A DNA stretch of 64,000 nucleotides, from the NCBI GenBank assembly GCA_041650635.1, contig JBAZKV010000008.1, positions 2,253-66,252 of the forward strand, in the 5' to 3' direction. Of this stretch, positions 30,926 to 41,062 are shown piece by piece. The notes beneath the pieces were generated by a model. It was not told the DNA's origin, ran no database searches, and worked only from the letters and a program-made list of their open reading frames with translations. Position 1 is the stretch's first letter, and each line of letters opens with the position of its first letter. The DNA is from Candidatus Margulisiibacteriota bacterium. Lineage in GTDB: Bacteria; Margulisbacteria; WOR-1; JAKLHX01; JBAZKV01. Position numbers and translations under genes: made by a program.

Positions 30926-32131
30926 CTAAAGGACCGAGTCCAGAATGGCTGCGGCCAGTTTTGCTTTGTCCATCTTCTTTAGTTTAACGGACTTTCCGCC
31001 GGAAATCATAAGCACAGCCTCGGATTCATCGCTTTCAAAAGCCGAAACAGGATTGGCCACGATAAGGTCCAGGTTCTTTTCCTTCAGTTTCAGTTCTGAA
31101 TTCTTGATCAGATCCTTTGATTCGACCGAAAATCCTACCAGGACCTTATTCCCCTTCTTTTTCCCGAGTTCCTGCAGAATGTCATCTGTTCTCTCAAGTT
31201 TAATTGCTGCTTCGGTATCCGGTATGCGGTCCCCGGTCCCCTTTTTTATCTTGTCCTGCGACACAACAGCCGGCTTAAAATCGGAGACCGCGGCAGCCAT
31301 GATGACAATATCCGCCCAATCAAAATATTTGAGCGCGGCTTTCTTCATTTCCAAAGCCGTAGAGACCTTTTCTACCGCGGCTTCTTTTGGAAAGTCGATC
31401 CTGGCATCTGCCAGAACAACCCTGACCTCTGCTCCCCTGTCCAAGGCCTGGCGGGCCAGAGCAAAACCCATCTTACCCGATGAACGGTTGCCGATAAACC
31501 TGACCGGATCTATCGCTTCCCTGGTGCCCCCCGCCGTGATAAGGACTTTTTTACCGTCAAGGTCCTGCTTAATGCCAATTTTGCTTTGTACAGCGGCAAT
31601 AATGTCCTCAAGACGGGCAAGCCGTCCGTCACCTTCAATCCCGCAGGCAAGTTCTCCGGAATCCGGACCTACAAAGCAGTATCCAAGGCTTTTGAGTTTT
31701 TTGACATTCTCCTGCACTAAAGGGTTATCCCACATCCTTGTGTTCATCGCCGGAGCAAAAACCTTTGGGGAGCGGCAGGCCATTATTGTGGTAGAGAGCA
31801 TATCATCAGCTATCCCGCCCGCAGTTTTGCCTATGATATTTGCGGTCGCAGGAGCCACCAGCAGCAGGTCCGCTGAATCAGAAATGGAAACATGCGGCAC
31901 GGGCGTCATTACTGCGGAACTGTCATACAGTTCCGTTATGCAAGGATTTCCGGAAAGGGTGCGAAAGGTTAAAGGAGCAACAAATTCCCGGGCAGACCTG
32001 GTCATTATGACCCAAACATCCGCACCAAGTTTTTTAAGGGCCCTTAGAAGTTCTGCCGATTTGTAGGCTGCAATGCAGCCGGTGACCCCAAGGATGATCT
32101 TTTTATCTCTGAGAGGCTTAGCAGTTTGCAT
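30926..32131 (-). CDS. coaBC: Bifunctional PPC decarboxylase/synthetase
   Basis: GVTGCIAAYK, APATAN, APAMN, ITAGGTRE, NRSSGKMG. Confidence 0.96.
   Translation of the reverse strand: MQTAKPLRDKKIILGVTGCIAAYKSAELLRALKKLGADVWVIMTRSAREFVAPLTFRTLSGNPCITELYDSSAVMTPVPHVSISDSADLLLVAPATANIIGKTAGGIADDMLSTTIMACRSPKVFAPAMNTRMWDNPLVQENVKKLKSLGYCFVGPDSGELACGIEGDGRLARLEDIIAAVQSKIGIKQDLDGKKVLITAGGTREAIDPVRFIGNRSSGKMGFALARQALDRGAEVRVVLADARIDFPKEAAVEKVSTALEMKKAALKYFDWADIVIMAAAVSDFKPAVVSQDKIKKGTGDRIPDTEAAIKLERTDDILQELGKKKGNKVLVGFSVESKDLIKNSELKLKEKNLDLIVANPVSAFESDESEAVLMISGGKSVKLKKMDKAKLAAAILDSVL
31211..31238. repeat. Heptamer tract inside coaBC
   Basis: TTCGGTA TCCGGTA TGCGGTC CCCGGTC; encodes GTGDRIPDTE. Confidence 0.7.
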
Positions 32132-32160
32132 TTTGTTCCCGGGGCAATGGCGCTGGCGGG

Positions 32161-32475
32161 CTATTTTTTCTTCTTGCTTGTTTTTTTTGCCTTTTTCAGC
32201 TCTTTTTTCTCAAGCGTATCAATGGACCAGAAATCCTTAGCCTTCTGTTCTATCTCTTTGACGGGTTTTTCAACCGGCCCCTTAAGAACCTTTACACTGA
32301 ACTTGTTCTCTACAAATTCGCGCATTGAGGTGTCGATGGGGTCCAGCGGATTGAATTCCTCTATATAAGGGAGGGAGCCTTCGCTTATTTCCTTTGCCCT
32401 CTGAGCCAGGGCGTTGGACAGAAGGAACTTGTTGCTGACCTTTTTGAGGAGCATATCTATATTAGGGCTTTTCAA
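32161..32475 (-). CDS. rpoZ: RNA polymerase omega subunit with Lys-rich tail
   Basis: IDMLLKKVSNKFLLSNALAQRAKEI; sits between gmk and coaBC. Confidence 0.88.
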   Translation of the reverse strand: MKSPNIDMLLKKVSNKFLLSNALAQRAKEISEGSLPYIEEFNPLDPIDTSMREFVENKFSVKVLKGPVEKPVKEIEQKAKDFWSIDTLEKKELKKAKKTSKKKK

Positions 32476-33083
32476 TTTAATAAGGTCCTTTCTTTTTCCA
32501 CCTTTATTATAGCATTAATTTTGTCGGCCGCGGTCTCTACCCTGTCGTTGACCACTATGTAGTCGTATTTTTCCATGACCTGGAGTTCGGCAACCGCGGC
32601 CCTCAAGCGGTAATTAAGCTCCTCTACTTTTTCGGTTTTCCTGCGCCGGAGGCGGAAAGCAAGGATATCCACCGAAGGGGGAATAAGGAAGATGAAGACC
32701 GAACCAGCACTTTTTAGGATATTTTTGCCGGCAGTTTCTTTGACTTTGGCGGCTCCCTGTACATCAACCTCAAGCACAGCGGTCCCGCCTTTTTCAAGGA
32801 CTTCCTGGACATAGCTCTTAGGAGTGCCGTAATATGCCCCGTGGACCTTTGCCCACTCCAAAAATTCTCCCTTTTCCGCGCCTTCAAAGAACTGCTGTTC
32901 GGTCATAAAAAAATAATCCCTTCCGTGTTTTTCCATGACCCTGGGAGCGCGCGTTGTTGCGGAGATCGAAAGCATAAGACCCGGGTTGGACTTTAGCAGG
33001 CGGTTGACCACGGTGCTTTTGCCCACGCCGGAAGGCCCGGAAATGATAACAAGCAGGCCTTTTTTACTCTTGCTCTTTTTCAA
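32472..33083 (-). CDS. gmk: Guanylate kinase
   Basis: ISGPSGVGKST, SATTRAPR, YYGTP, LEVDVQGA. Confidence 0.96.
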   Translation of the reverse strand: MKKSKSKKGLLVIISGPSGVGKSTVVNRLLKSNPGLMLSISATTRAPRVMEKHGRDYFFMTEQQFFEGAEKGEFLEWAKVHGAYYGTPKSYVQEVLEKGGTAVLEVDVQGAAKVKETAGKNILKSAGSVFIFLIPPSVDILAFRLRRRKTEKVEELNYRLRAAVAELQVMEKYDYIVVNDRVETAADKINAIIKVEKERTLLN

Positions 33084-33140
33084 AGAAGCTCCAAAAACCT
33101 TGACTACTCGTAATATATATTATAGCATAATAGAGATTTT

Positions 33141-33650
33141 ATGCTCAGAAACAGAATGAATATCCTCATCCTTGCAATTATTGCCGTAACGGCGCTGGCA
33201 GGGTGCAGCGGCAACACTATCAACACCCCGGGTTATTATTCCGGCCCGGGAGGAAGTTCCTTTGCCACCGCCATCGCTCCCAATTATGGGACCGGAGCTT
33301 TCGACAAATATTCTTATTCCGTCAACTACTGCGACATCTACTGTTCTATCAGCGCTCCGACCGATGAACAATGGTTCTTGATCCCTTCTGTTTCAGGAGG
33401 CTACGGGATCACCGTTACAATAACAAAACAGAGCGGGGAGTTGCCCATCACGATATACGGGGAGCTTTACGACCAGTCCGGAAGCCATATATCGGGAGGA
33501 GGAGAGATAGTTTCTCCTTCTTCAGGTCTGTCCGAGACCTATTATCTTTCCCCTTCAGCACAGAACTACGCTCTAAGGGTCCGCGGCAACGGAAGCCAGT
33601 CGTTCGGATTCAAGGCTACCGTGATCTATGGCAGCGGAGTGTCATACTAA
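33141..33650 (+). CDS. Lipoprotein with a PPC-like beta-sandwich domain
   Basis: LAGC lipobox; DEQWF..VTITK..LYDQSG..YALRV pattern. Start 33141 or 33156. Confidence 0.65.
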   Translation: MLRNRMNILILAIIAVTALAGCSGNTINTPGYYSGPGGSSFATAIAPNYGTGAFDKYSYSVNYCDIYCSISAPTDEQWFLIPSVSGGYGITVTITKQSGELPITIYGELYDQSGSHISGGGEIVSPSSGLSETYYLSPSAQNYALRVRGNGSQSFGFKATVIYGSGVSY

Positions 33651-33701
33651 GCCGTGATCGCAGCTTGATCTGATCCGATATTATGGAAAGGAGTATTAAG
33701 C

Positions 33702-33926
33702 ATGAGTGGCGGAGTATCCCCCATCTACAAAGGGCTTGGCGGATTAAAGACCAGAAGGCCGGAAGGGGCAAAGGTCCCGGCTAACGCAGAGCCCCTTGTC
33801 AAAAGCATGGAAAATGCCTGCACCTACACACTGGGTTCAAGGGGCTTAGCCAATAATGACTTTTGGGCAGAGGTGAAGAACTTGTACAACAGGACCTGGC
33901 TCGGGAAAAGGCTCCCAATAAAATAG
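33702..33926 (+). CDS. Small hypothetical protein (74 aa)
   Basis: AAGGAG RBS; fills the gap between two genes without overlap. Confidence 0.55.
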   Translation: MSGGVSPIYKGLGGLKTRRPEGAKVPANAEPLVKSMENACTYTLGSRGLANNDFWAEVKNLYNRTWLGKRLPIK

Positions 33927-33932
33927 AGGGCT

Positions 33933-34436
33933 TTAAGCAAGCCTTTTGCTTATCTCCTCGGTGAGTTTTTTTACGCCCTCATAAAGGCCTTCGCCGTACT
34001 TGCTCTGTTTAAAGAACGGGACTATGGTCTCATCCAGAAGCTTCTCCGTGAATTCCTCGCTTATCCTGCTCTCAAGGCCGAACCCGATCTCAGTCTCTAT
34101 CCTGCGCTCGAACATAGAAACGAGTATAAGTATGGCCTCATGTTTTTTCTTGCCAAGTCCCCATCTGTTAAAGAGATAAAATGCATAGTTTTCGGGTGGC
34201 ATCGGTTTGGTGGTGCCGATCACGGTCACTACTATCTCTATGCCGCTCCTTCTTTCAAGATCGGTAGAGAGCTTTATCAGTTTGCCCATGTATTCCCCGC
34301 CTATAACGGCTTCATAATCGTTAACAAGTCCGATCTGCTTTGGGGGCAGCGGATACTTTTTAAAATCGAACTTAAACCCGCAGGCACAGCCCTTTTTCCA
34401 TTCCGGAATTGACGCTTTGCATTTGGGACACTTCAT
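33933..34436 (-). CDS. TPM-domain protein with N-terminal zinc ribbon
   Basis: CPKC..CACG; LVNDY, LFNRWGLG, RRIETEIGFGLE. Confidence 0.85.
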   Translation of the reverse strand: MKCPKCKASIPEWKKGCACGFKFDFKKYPLPPKQIGLVNDYEAVIGGEYMGKLIKLSTDLERRSGIEIVVTVIGTTKPMPPENYAFYLFNRWGLGKKKHEAILILVSMFERRIETEIGFGLESRISEEFTEKLLDETIVPFFKQSKYGEGLYEGVKKLTEEISKRLA

Positions 34437-34452
34437 TAACTGGTTCCTCCTT

Positions 34453-35181
34453 TTAGCCGCCTGTGGCCAGCAGCCGCGCCAAGTCTTCGGACAGCCCGGC
34501 CTTTTTCATCTTTTGCTGAACAGCGGCAATATCATATTCGGCTCTTTTGATCTCAATAGTCTTTTTAGCAGCATCATATAGCCCGAACGACGCTCTGGGG
34601 TCCCCGTCCCTGGGCTGACCGACGCTCCCCGCATTGATTATAGCCTTATAGATCCTTGACACATCTATCATCTGCCCATCCTTCAAAACAGCCGCATCGT
34701 ATGAACCGCCGATGTCTTTTTGTATAATGAAAGGCTTGTGGGAGTGTCCCACAAAACAGAGGGTCTTTTCTAGCACGCTGAAAGTGGGGAGGCTTTCCCT
34801 TACGCTGGTTATATATTCATGCAGCTGGTTCTTTAGGCTGCCGTGGACCCCGACAAAATCATCTTCCGAGATCTCAAGGGGGAGACCTTCTAGGTAATCC
34901 AGGTTCTCTTTCTTCATGTTGGAAAGTGCCCACATCACCGCTTCCTGGCCGTCCTGAGGAAAATAGCTCATATCTATCTGCCCCAGCACCGCTTTATCGT
35001 GATTCCCGGCAACACAAAGGGCTTTTTTTTCTCTGATTATCTCAACGCACCTGTCCGGGTCGGGCCCGTAACCCACTATATCACCGAGACAAATCAGTCT
35101 GTCAACATCTCCCATTTTTGACAGGACCGTTTGCAAGGCTTCGAGGTTGCCGTGGATATCCGAAATGACGCCGTATCGCAT
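34453..35181 (-). CDS. Calcineurin-like metallophosphoesterase
   Basis: SDIHGN, CLGDIVGYG, GNHD, VGHSH, INAGSVGQPRDGDP. Start MRYG at 35181. Confidence 0.92.
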   Translation of the reverse strand: MRYGVISDIHGNLEALQTVLSKMGDVDRLICLGDIVGYGPDPDRCVEIIREKKALCVAGNHDKAVLGQIDMSYFPQDGQEAVMWALSNMKKENLDYLEGLPLEISEDDFVGVHGSLKNQLHEYITSVRESLPTFSVLEKTLCFVGHSHKPFIIQKDIGGSYDAAVLKDGQMIDVSRIYKAIINAGSVGQPRDGDPRASFGLYDAAKKTIEIKRAEYDIAAVQQKMKKAGLSEDLARLLATGG

Positions 35182-35203
35182 GGATAAGGGAATTATAATT
35201 CTA

Positions 35204-36247
35204 TCAGGGCGCAATGACAACAGGGGTGATAAGAAATACCACATCTGTTTTTGTCTTTTCCTTGGTCCTCTTAAGAAAAAGCTCCTTTATGACGGGCAGG
35301 TCCCCCGCCAAAGGCACTTTTGAGATGTTTTCCCTGTCCGTTTCGTTGATAAGCCCTGCCACAACTATGGTCTGGCCGCTTTCAACCCTTACCGAAGTGC
35401 TGGCATTTCTGGTAGAAATAACGGGAAAATCCCCCGCCGCGGTCGTTCTCCATTCAGAGATAGAACTTACTTCGGGCTTGATCTCTGCCGTTATCATGCC
35501 GTCCCCGCCGATGCGCGGCAGTATTTTTAGGCTGACCCCCGCATCAATATACTGTACCGCCCACTGGGTCACCCCTGCAGACCCGGAAACAGGGACCGCG
35601 TACGGGATCCTGTCCCCTATATTTATTGACGCCTCCAGGTTATCAAGCGTCGAGATCCTCGGGGATGCGATAAGTTTTGCTTCTCCTTTTGACACAAGTG
35701 CGCTTAAAACCGCCGGGATGTCACCCACCCTGACCTTGCCTTCCTCTGGGACGATGGTGACCTTGACCCCGCTGCCCCAGGCAAAGCCTATGGACCTAAG
35801 CCCGCTTTCGCTTATCTCCATTATCCTGCTCTCTATCGTGATCTGCGGGACCGGCCTGTCCGCGGAGGTAAGTATTTTTTTCATCTTCCACATATCGGCG
35901 GGCTTACCCTTTAAGATGACGGAACTTCCTTTTTCCCCCTCCATGGCCAGGGCCTCGGGAATAAGCCTCGAAACTATTTCCGATGCCTTTTTGCCGGACA
36001 GGTATTTCAATTCCATTACCTCAAAGACCGGAATTAGTTCTTCGGGCGAAGCCGCCGGCTCTTTAAAGACAAGGCCGTCTTCGGTCGGGGCCTTTTCCTG
36101 CCCAACTCCTTCGGGTGTGGGGATTTTCAACACTTCGGCGGGTGGACTCTCCTCTTCGGAAGACTTAACGATCTCTATACCCGGATCGTTTGAACACGCG
36201 GATACGGTCAGCAGCAAAAGGAACAGAAGGCCAAGGGCTTGTTTCAT
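35204..36247 (-). CDS. Minimal secretin (single N domain plus secretin domain), lipoprotein
   Basis: VSAC lipobox, QITIESRIMEI, ASPRISTLDN, GQTIVVAGLI, VPLAGDLP, VFLITP. Confidence 0.88.
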   Translation of the reverse strand: MKQALGLLFLLLLTVSACSNDPGIEIVKSSEEESPPAEVLKIPTPEGVGQEKAPTEDGLVFKEPAASPEELIPVFEVMELKYLSGKKASEIVSRLIPEALAMEGEKGSSVILKGKPADMWKMKKILTSADRPVPQITIESRIMEISESGLRSIGFAWGSGVKVTIVPEEGKVRVGDIPAVLSALVSKGEAKLIASPRISTLDNLEASINIGDRIPYAVPVSGSAGVTQWAVQYIDAGVSLKILPRIGGDGMITAEIKPEVSSISEWRTTAAGDFPVISTRNASTSVRVESGQTIVVAGLINETDRENISKVPLAGDLPVIKELFLKRTKEKTKTDVVFLITPVVIAP

Positions 36248-36292
36248 GCCTGCATCTCCTTACGGAGGCTACAAGCAATTTACGCGCCACGG

Positions 36293-37585
36293 TTACTTTA
36301 CCAGGGCCCCGTCCTTTAGGACCAACTGTCCTTTAACGATGGTATGCAGCACCCGGCCTTTAAGTTTCCAGCCGTTAAACGGAGAATTGGAGCTTTTTGA
36401 AGCGAATTTTGAGGTATCGACCGTAAATTCCCTGCCAAGGTCAGCGATCGTGATATCCGCATCAACCCCGGAAGAAAGCGTGCCTTTTTTTATCCCGAGT
36501 ATCCTTGCCGGATTAAGGGACATTTTTTCGACCAACTGGCCAAGCGTCAGGATCTTGCTGTGCAGCAGTTCCGAGACCGCAAGCCCAAAGGATGTTTCGA
36601 GCCCGTCTATTCCCGAAGCCGCAAGGGCAAACTCGGTGTTCTTTTCATCGATCGTATGGGGGGCATGGTCGCACGCTATCGCGTCTATTGTGCCATCCTT
36701 TAATCCCTGTATGACAGCCTCCACATCCTTTTCGCCGCGCAGCGGAGGGTTGACCTTTGCGTTGGTATTATAGCCCTCGACCTCGGTCTCTGTAAGGCAA
36801 AAATAATGAGGGGCTGTTTCGCAGGTTATGCGGATGCCTTCCTCCTTTGCCCTTCTTATCCTTGCCACAGAACCCGCGGTAGAAACATGGGCTATATGCA
36901 CCCTGCCAAACTCCCTTGCAAGACCTATCTCCCGCTCTACCATTATCTCTTCGGCAACGCAGGGATATCCCTTAAGGCCCATTATCGTGGAAAGAGAGCC
37001 CTCGTTCATCTGCGCCGCCTGCGTTAGAGAGTGGTCTTCACAGTGGGAAATTATGACTTTGTTGAATTGCACGGCATATTCGAGGGCCCTTCGCATCACA
37101 TCGGAGCGCATCACGCATCTGCCGTCATCCGAAAACGCGACCGCTCCCGCCTTTGACATAAAACCCATTTCGGAAAGTTCCTGCCCTGCCTGCCCTTTGG
37201 TGATAGAGCCGACCACGAAAACATTGACACAGCCCTCAGACCTGGCCCTTGACAGAACATATTCGACAACAGAGCTGTTGTCTATCACCGGCTCGGTGTT
37301 GGGCATGCAGGCAATAGAAGTGAAACCTCCCGCAGCGGCAGCCCTGGACCCCGAATAAATGGTCTCTTTGTCCGGTCTGCCGGGGTCGCGGAGGTGAACA
37401 TGCATATCCACAAGTCCCGGCATCACAACCTTGCCTTTTGCGTCAATTACCTCGGTATTCTGTGAGGACTGTATGTTTTTTGCAACATCCTTTATCTTTC
37501 CGTCCTCGACAAGAACATCCCTTTCTTCGTCCAGCGACGAAAAGGGATCGCAGACCCTGCCGTTCTTTATCAAAAGCCTCGTCAA
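36293..37585 (-). CDS. pyrC: Dihydroorotase
   Basis: PGLVDMHVHLRDPG, AFSDDG, KVNPPLR, ACDHAPH. Confidence 0.95.
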   Translation of the reverse strand: MTRLLIKNGRVCDPFSSLDEERDVLVEDGKIKDVAKNIQSSQNTEVIDAKGKVVMPGLVDMHVHLRDPGRPDKETIYSGSRAAAAGGFTSIACMPNTEPVIDNSSVVEYVLSRARSEGCVNVFVVGSITKGQAGQELSEMGFMSKAGAVAFSDDGRCVMRSDVMRRALEYAVQFNKVIISHCEDHSLTQAAQMNEGSLSTIMGLKGYPCVAEEIMVEREIGLAREFGRVHIAHVSTAGSVARIRRAKEEGIRITCETAPHYFCLTETEVEGYNTNAKVNPPLRGEKDVEAVIQGLKDGTIDAIACDHAPHTIDEKNTEFALAASGIDGLETSFGLAVSELLHSKILTLGQLVEKMSLNPARILGIKKGTLSSGVDADITIADLGREFTVDTSKFASKSSNSPFNGWKLKGRVLHTIVKGQLVLKDGALVK

Positions 37586-38316
37586 GCTTTTTCCTCCCCC
37601 GCCTCTTCTTTTTCATTTAACTTCTGGAGCGCTTCTTTTGCCGCGTGCTGCTCGGCCTCTTTTTTTGTCCTGCCCCGTCCCGAACCGCACTTTTTCCCTT
37701 TGACCTTGACCGCTATCCAGAAGATCTTCTTGTGTTTGGGCCCGAGTTCCCTGGTAACCTGGTAGAAAGGCAGCCCCCACTTATTCTTCTGGCATAGCTC
37801 CTGCAGGGCTGATTTGTAATCTATGATAAAGTCCTTGGCGCTGGCCTTTGCTATCTGTTCCTTGAGCAGCCTTATGACGACCTCCGCCGCGCTTTCGAGC
37901 CCCCTGTCAAGATAAAGAGCGGCGATCGATGATTCAAGGGCATTGGCCAGGTTGGATTTTTTGAGCTCTCCTCCCGAGGCCCTTTCGTTCTTGCCCAGCA
38001 GAAGGTATTTGCCTATGCCCAGTTTTTTAGAGATCTCCGACAGCGCCAGATCGGACACAACGGCCGCCCTGATCTTGGTAAGGTCCCCTTCTGCCAGATC
38101 CGGAAAATTCCTGAAAATATGGTCGGAGATCACAAGTTTAAGCACAGCATCGCCTAGGAATTCCAGTCTTTCGTTGTTCTTGATATCCTGGCGGAGCAGT
38201 TCGTTGCCAAAACTGCTGTGGGTCAGAGCCTGGTCAAGTATTCCCGTATCTAAAAATGAGGCGCCGAGCTTTTCCTGCAGTTCGTCCAAAGCCTGCTTTC
38301 TTGCGGGGATGGTCAT
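37582..38316 (-). CDS. rnc: Ribonuclease III
   Basis: ALTHSS, NERLEFLGDAVL, dsRBD DYKSALQE. Start MTIP at 38316. Confidence 0.96.
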   Translation of the reverse strand: MTIPARKQALDELQEKLGASFLDTGILDQALTHSSFGNELLRQDIKNNERLEFLGDAVLKLVISDHIFRNFPDLAEGDLTKIRAAVVSDLALSEISKKLGIGKYLLLGKNERASGGELKKSNLANALESSIAALYLDRGLESAAEVVIRLLKEQIAKASAKDFIIDYKSALQELCQKNKWGLPFYQVTRELGPKHKKIFWIAVKVKGKKCGSGRGRTKKEAEQHAAKEALQKLNEKEEAGEEKA

Positions 38317-38392
38317 TTGACATACAATTTTACAGTATGTAGAATAAATTATCAAGAATGCCGCGCGATCCCATATATAGAACGGAGGCTTT

Positions 38393-39304
38393 ATGAGAGG
38401 AACTCTTTCGCCTATTTTAAGCCATCTGGTCCAGACCACCATAGCAGCCGTCGGCGCAAAGGAAAAACTGAACCGCCTGATAAATAAGTACCGCAAGATG
38501 CTGAGGTATGTTACAGGCGGGATGAATGTTTCCGAGATCAGGTTCGGCCTGGCCGACCTTTTGATAACCCGCGACGATCCGGGCGACTGGAAAGAGGCAA
38601 AAACGCATTACGATTATGTCCTGGAAAAGGCCGCTTACGGCTATCTGAGATCGGCCGCCATGGTAGGGAAAGCCGAACTTGCGATCAGGTCCGACAACAA
38701 AAAAGAGGTAGATGAGGCTATCGAGTATACGGAGCGCGCGTTCAATGCTCTTGTTTCTCTTGTGGGCAAAAGCGATTTTTACAGCATAAAAGCCCTGGTC
38801 GTTGGGGCCGAACTCCGCCTCAAGCGCGCAGCAGCGGGGGACGAAAAAGAAGCGCTCAAGCTTTTTGAAAAGGCTCTCAAAGATGAAATGGCCGATCCGT
38901 ATTTCAGGGCAAGGGCAATAGTTGAAAAAGAGGAGCGCATACTCTACAGCGGCAAATTTGACATAAATAAAGAGATACAGCTGTGCCACAGCGCCATAGA
39001 ACTGCTAAAAGAAAGACCGTATGACTATTTTGCGGTAAAAGCAAAACTTCTCCAGGGAGAGTTCATAGCCCGCAGGATGGCACGCTACGACAAATCGAGA
39101 GCGACCGGCATATTTATGGGAGTGATAGGAACAAAAGAAGCCGACGCGGACCTTCAGGCCAGGGCAAGGCTGGACCTGGCCGAGATATCCGAGCCAAAAA
39201 AGGCAAATATCCTGATAAAAGAAGTGCTTTCCGCCAAGAGTATTGACGGCTACCTCGTTGAAAAGGCAAAACGGCTGAGAAAGGAACTGAAGGCAAAGAA
39301 ATAA
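38393..39304 (+). CDS. Alpha-helical TPR-like repeat protein of unknown function
   Basis: About six ~45-aa helical repeats; TAATG coupling to leuC. Confidence 0.7.
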   Translation: MRGTLSPILSHLVQTTIAAVGAKEKLNRLINKYRKMLRYVTGGMNVSEIRFGLADLLITRDDPGDWKEAKTHYDYVLEKAAYGYLRSAAMVGKAELAIRSDNKKEVDEAIEYTERAFNALVSLVGKSDFYSIKALVVGAELRLKRAAAGDEKEALKLFEKALKDEMADPYFRARAIVEKEERILYSGKFDINKEIQLCHSAIELLKERPYDYFAVKAKLLQGEFIARRMARYDKSRATGIFMGVIGTKEADADLQARARLDLAEISEPKKANILIKEVLSAKSIDGYLVEKAKRLRKELKAKK

Positions 39305-40557
39305 TGGGCAGGACCATAGCAGAAAAGATACTTTCAAATCACAGCGGAAAAGACGCAAAAGCCGGAGATATCGTAATTGCCGATCTTGATTTTATGATCG
39401 GCCAGGACGGCACGTCCGGGGTGGCTATCGATGTTTTCAACAAGATGGGGGGCAAAGGGGTATCTGACCCCAAAAAGATCGCCATCATAATAGACCACAG
39501 CAGTCCGTCGCCGAACGAAGGCGTTTCTGCCATACATAAAAAGATCCGGGAATTCACTTCAAAATACGGCATCAAGCTTTATGACATCGGCTGCGGGGTC
39601 TGCCATCAAATAACCCCGGAAATGGGACATGTTGTTCCAGGAGACCTGGTGATAGGCGCCGATTCACACACCTGCACTTATGGAGCTATAAATGTTTTTT
39701 CTACCGGCATAGGTTCAACGGACCTTGCCGCCGGAATGATATCCGGAAAACTCTGGTTCAAAGTGCCGCAGACCATTCAGTTTCTGGTTAACGGCAAATG
39801 GCCGAAAGGAGTCTATTCAAAAGATCTGATACTAAAGATCATCGGAGATGTCAGGGCTGACGGAGCAACGTATTTGGCTTCTGAATTTGTAGGAAGCGCT
39901 ATTGACGATCTCTCCGTTGAGGCAAGATTTACTATCTCTAACATGGCAATAGAAATGGGAGCAAAAGCCGGCTTGATGAAAGCCGATAAAAAAGCGCTTG
40001 AATGGGTCAAAAAACATTCGGCAAGGACTCCGCAACCGGTTGAATCTGATAAAGACGCTGTTTTTTCTGCCGTAAAAGAATATGATGTTTCAAAACTGAC
40101 CCCGATGGTCGCCAAACCGCACACCGTTGATAATTTTGCTCCCATTGAAGAAGTTGAGGGCACAGAGATACAGCAGGGGTTCATCGGGACCTGCACAAAC
40201 GGCAGGCTTGAAGACCTTGAGATCGCGGCAAGCGTTCTTAAAGGTAAAAAAGTTAATAAAAACTCGAGACTCATTGTTGCCCCGGCTTCAAAACAGATAT
40301 TTTTGGATGCAATGAAGAAGGGGATTGTAGAAACGATAATCGAAGCCGGAGGAGTTTTTGTAACACCAGGCTGCGGTCCGTGCGTTGGTACTCATAACGG
40401 AGTTCCTTCTGACGGGGAAAAGGCAATTTCTACAGCCAACAGGAACTTTAAAGGCAGGATGGGAAACCCCAAGGCGGAGATATTCCTTGCCTCCCCTGCT
40501 ACGGTAGCGGCTTCCGTTATAGAAGGAAAGATAGCGGACCCGAGGAGATATCTGTAA
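39304..40557 (+). CDS. leuC: 3-isopropylmalate dehydratase/homoaconitase large subunit (short type)
   Basis: [37 protein letters not shown]. Confidence 0.9.
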   Translation: MGRTIAEKILSNHSGKDAKAGDIVIADLDFMIGQDGTSGVAIDVFNKMGGKGVSDPKKIAIIIDHSSPSPNEGVSAIHKKIREFTSKYGIKLYDIGCGVCHQITPEMGHVVPGDLVIGADSHTCTYGAINVFSTGIGSTDLAAGMISGKLWFKVPQTIQFLVNGKWPKGVYSKDLILKIIGDVRADGATYLASEFVGSAIDDLSVEARFTISNMAIEMGAKAGLMKADKKALEWVKKHSARTPQPVESDKDAVFSAVKEYDVSKLTPMVAKPHTVDNFAPIEEVEGTEIQQGFIGTCTNGRLEDLEIAASVLKGKKVNKNSRLIVAPASKQIFLDAMKKGIVETIIEAGGVFVTPGCGPCVGTHNGVPSDGEKAISTANRNFKGRMGNPKAEIFLASPATVAASVIEGKIADPRRYL

Positions 40558-40558
40558 T

Positions 40559-41062
40559 ATGAAACTACTTGGATTTTCACGCAAACTAAAACAGGAAAAT
40601 GATATCAACACCGATTACATAATTTCCGGCAGGTACAAATTCAAGATCCAGGACCCATATGAACTAGCAAAGCATGTGATGGAAGACCTGGACCCGGAAT
40701 TCTATTCAAAAGTAAAAAAAGGTGACTTTCTTGTGGCCGGCACCAATTTCGGCTGCGGCTCTTCACGCGAGCAGGCTCCCATGGCAATAAAGTATGCCGG
40801 CATATCTGCTGTGTTGGCAAAGTCTTTTGCCCGCATCTTTTACAGGAACTGCTTTAATCTGGGACTTCCTCTCATCGAATGCGATACAGATCAAATCTCC
40901 GACGGTGATGAGCTGGAGATAGACCTTGATAACGGAGTGTTGAAGAATAAAACCAAGAACAAGGATATTAGAATAAAGCCTTTCCCTCCAACAATGCAAA
41001 CTCTGCTGTCAGATGGGGGTCTGGTGGAACATTTTAAGAAACACGGGGGGTTTGAACTGTGA
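40559..41062 (+). CDS. leuD: 3-isopropylmalate dehydratase/homoaconitase small subunit
   Basis: [28 protein letters not shown]. Confidence 0.9.
   Translation: MKLLGFSRKLKQENDINTDYIISGRYKFKIQDPYELAKHVMEDLDPEFYSKVKKGDFLVAGTNFGCGSSREQAPMAIKYAGISAVLAKSFARIFYRNCFNLGLPLIECDTDQISDGDELEIDLDNGVLKNKTKNKDIRIKPFPPTMQTLLSDGGLVEHFKKHGGFEL

Noticed and set aside
30945-32066. 373-aa plus-strand ORF
   Set aside because: Codon-aligned antisense shadow of coaBC.
35214-36773. 519-aa plus-strand ORF
   Set aside because: Ser/Pro-rich antisense shadow of the secretin and pyrC.
38317-38496. 60-aa N-terminal extension of rnc in the ORF track
   Set aside because: Overlaps the divergent gene; RNase III homology starts near 38316.
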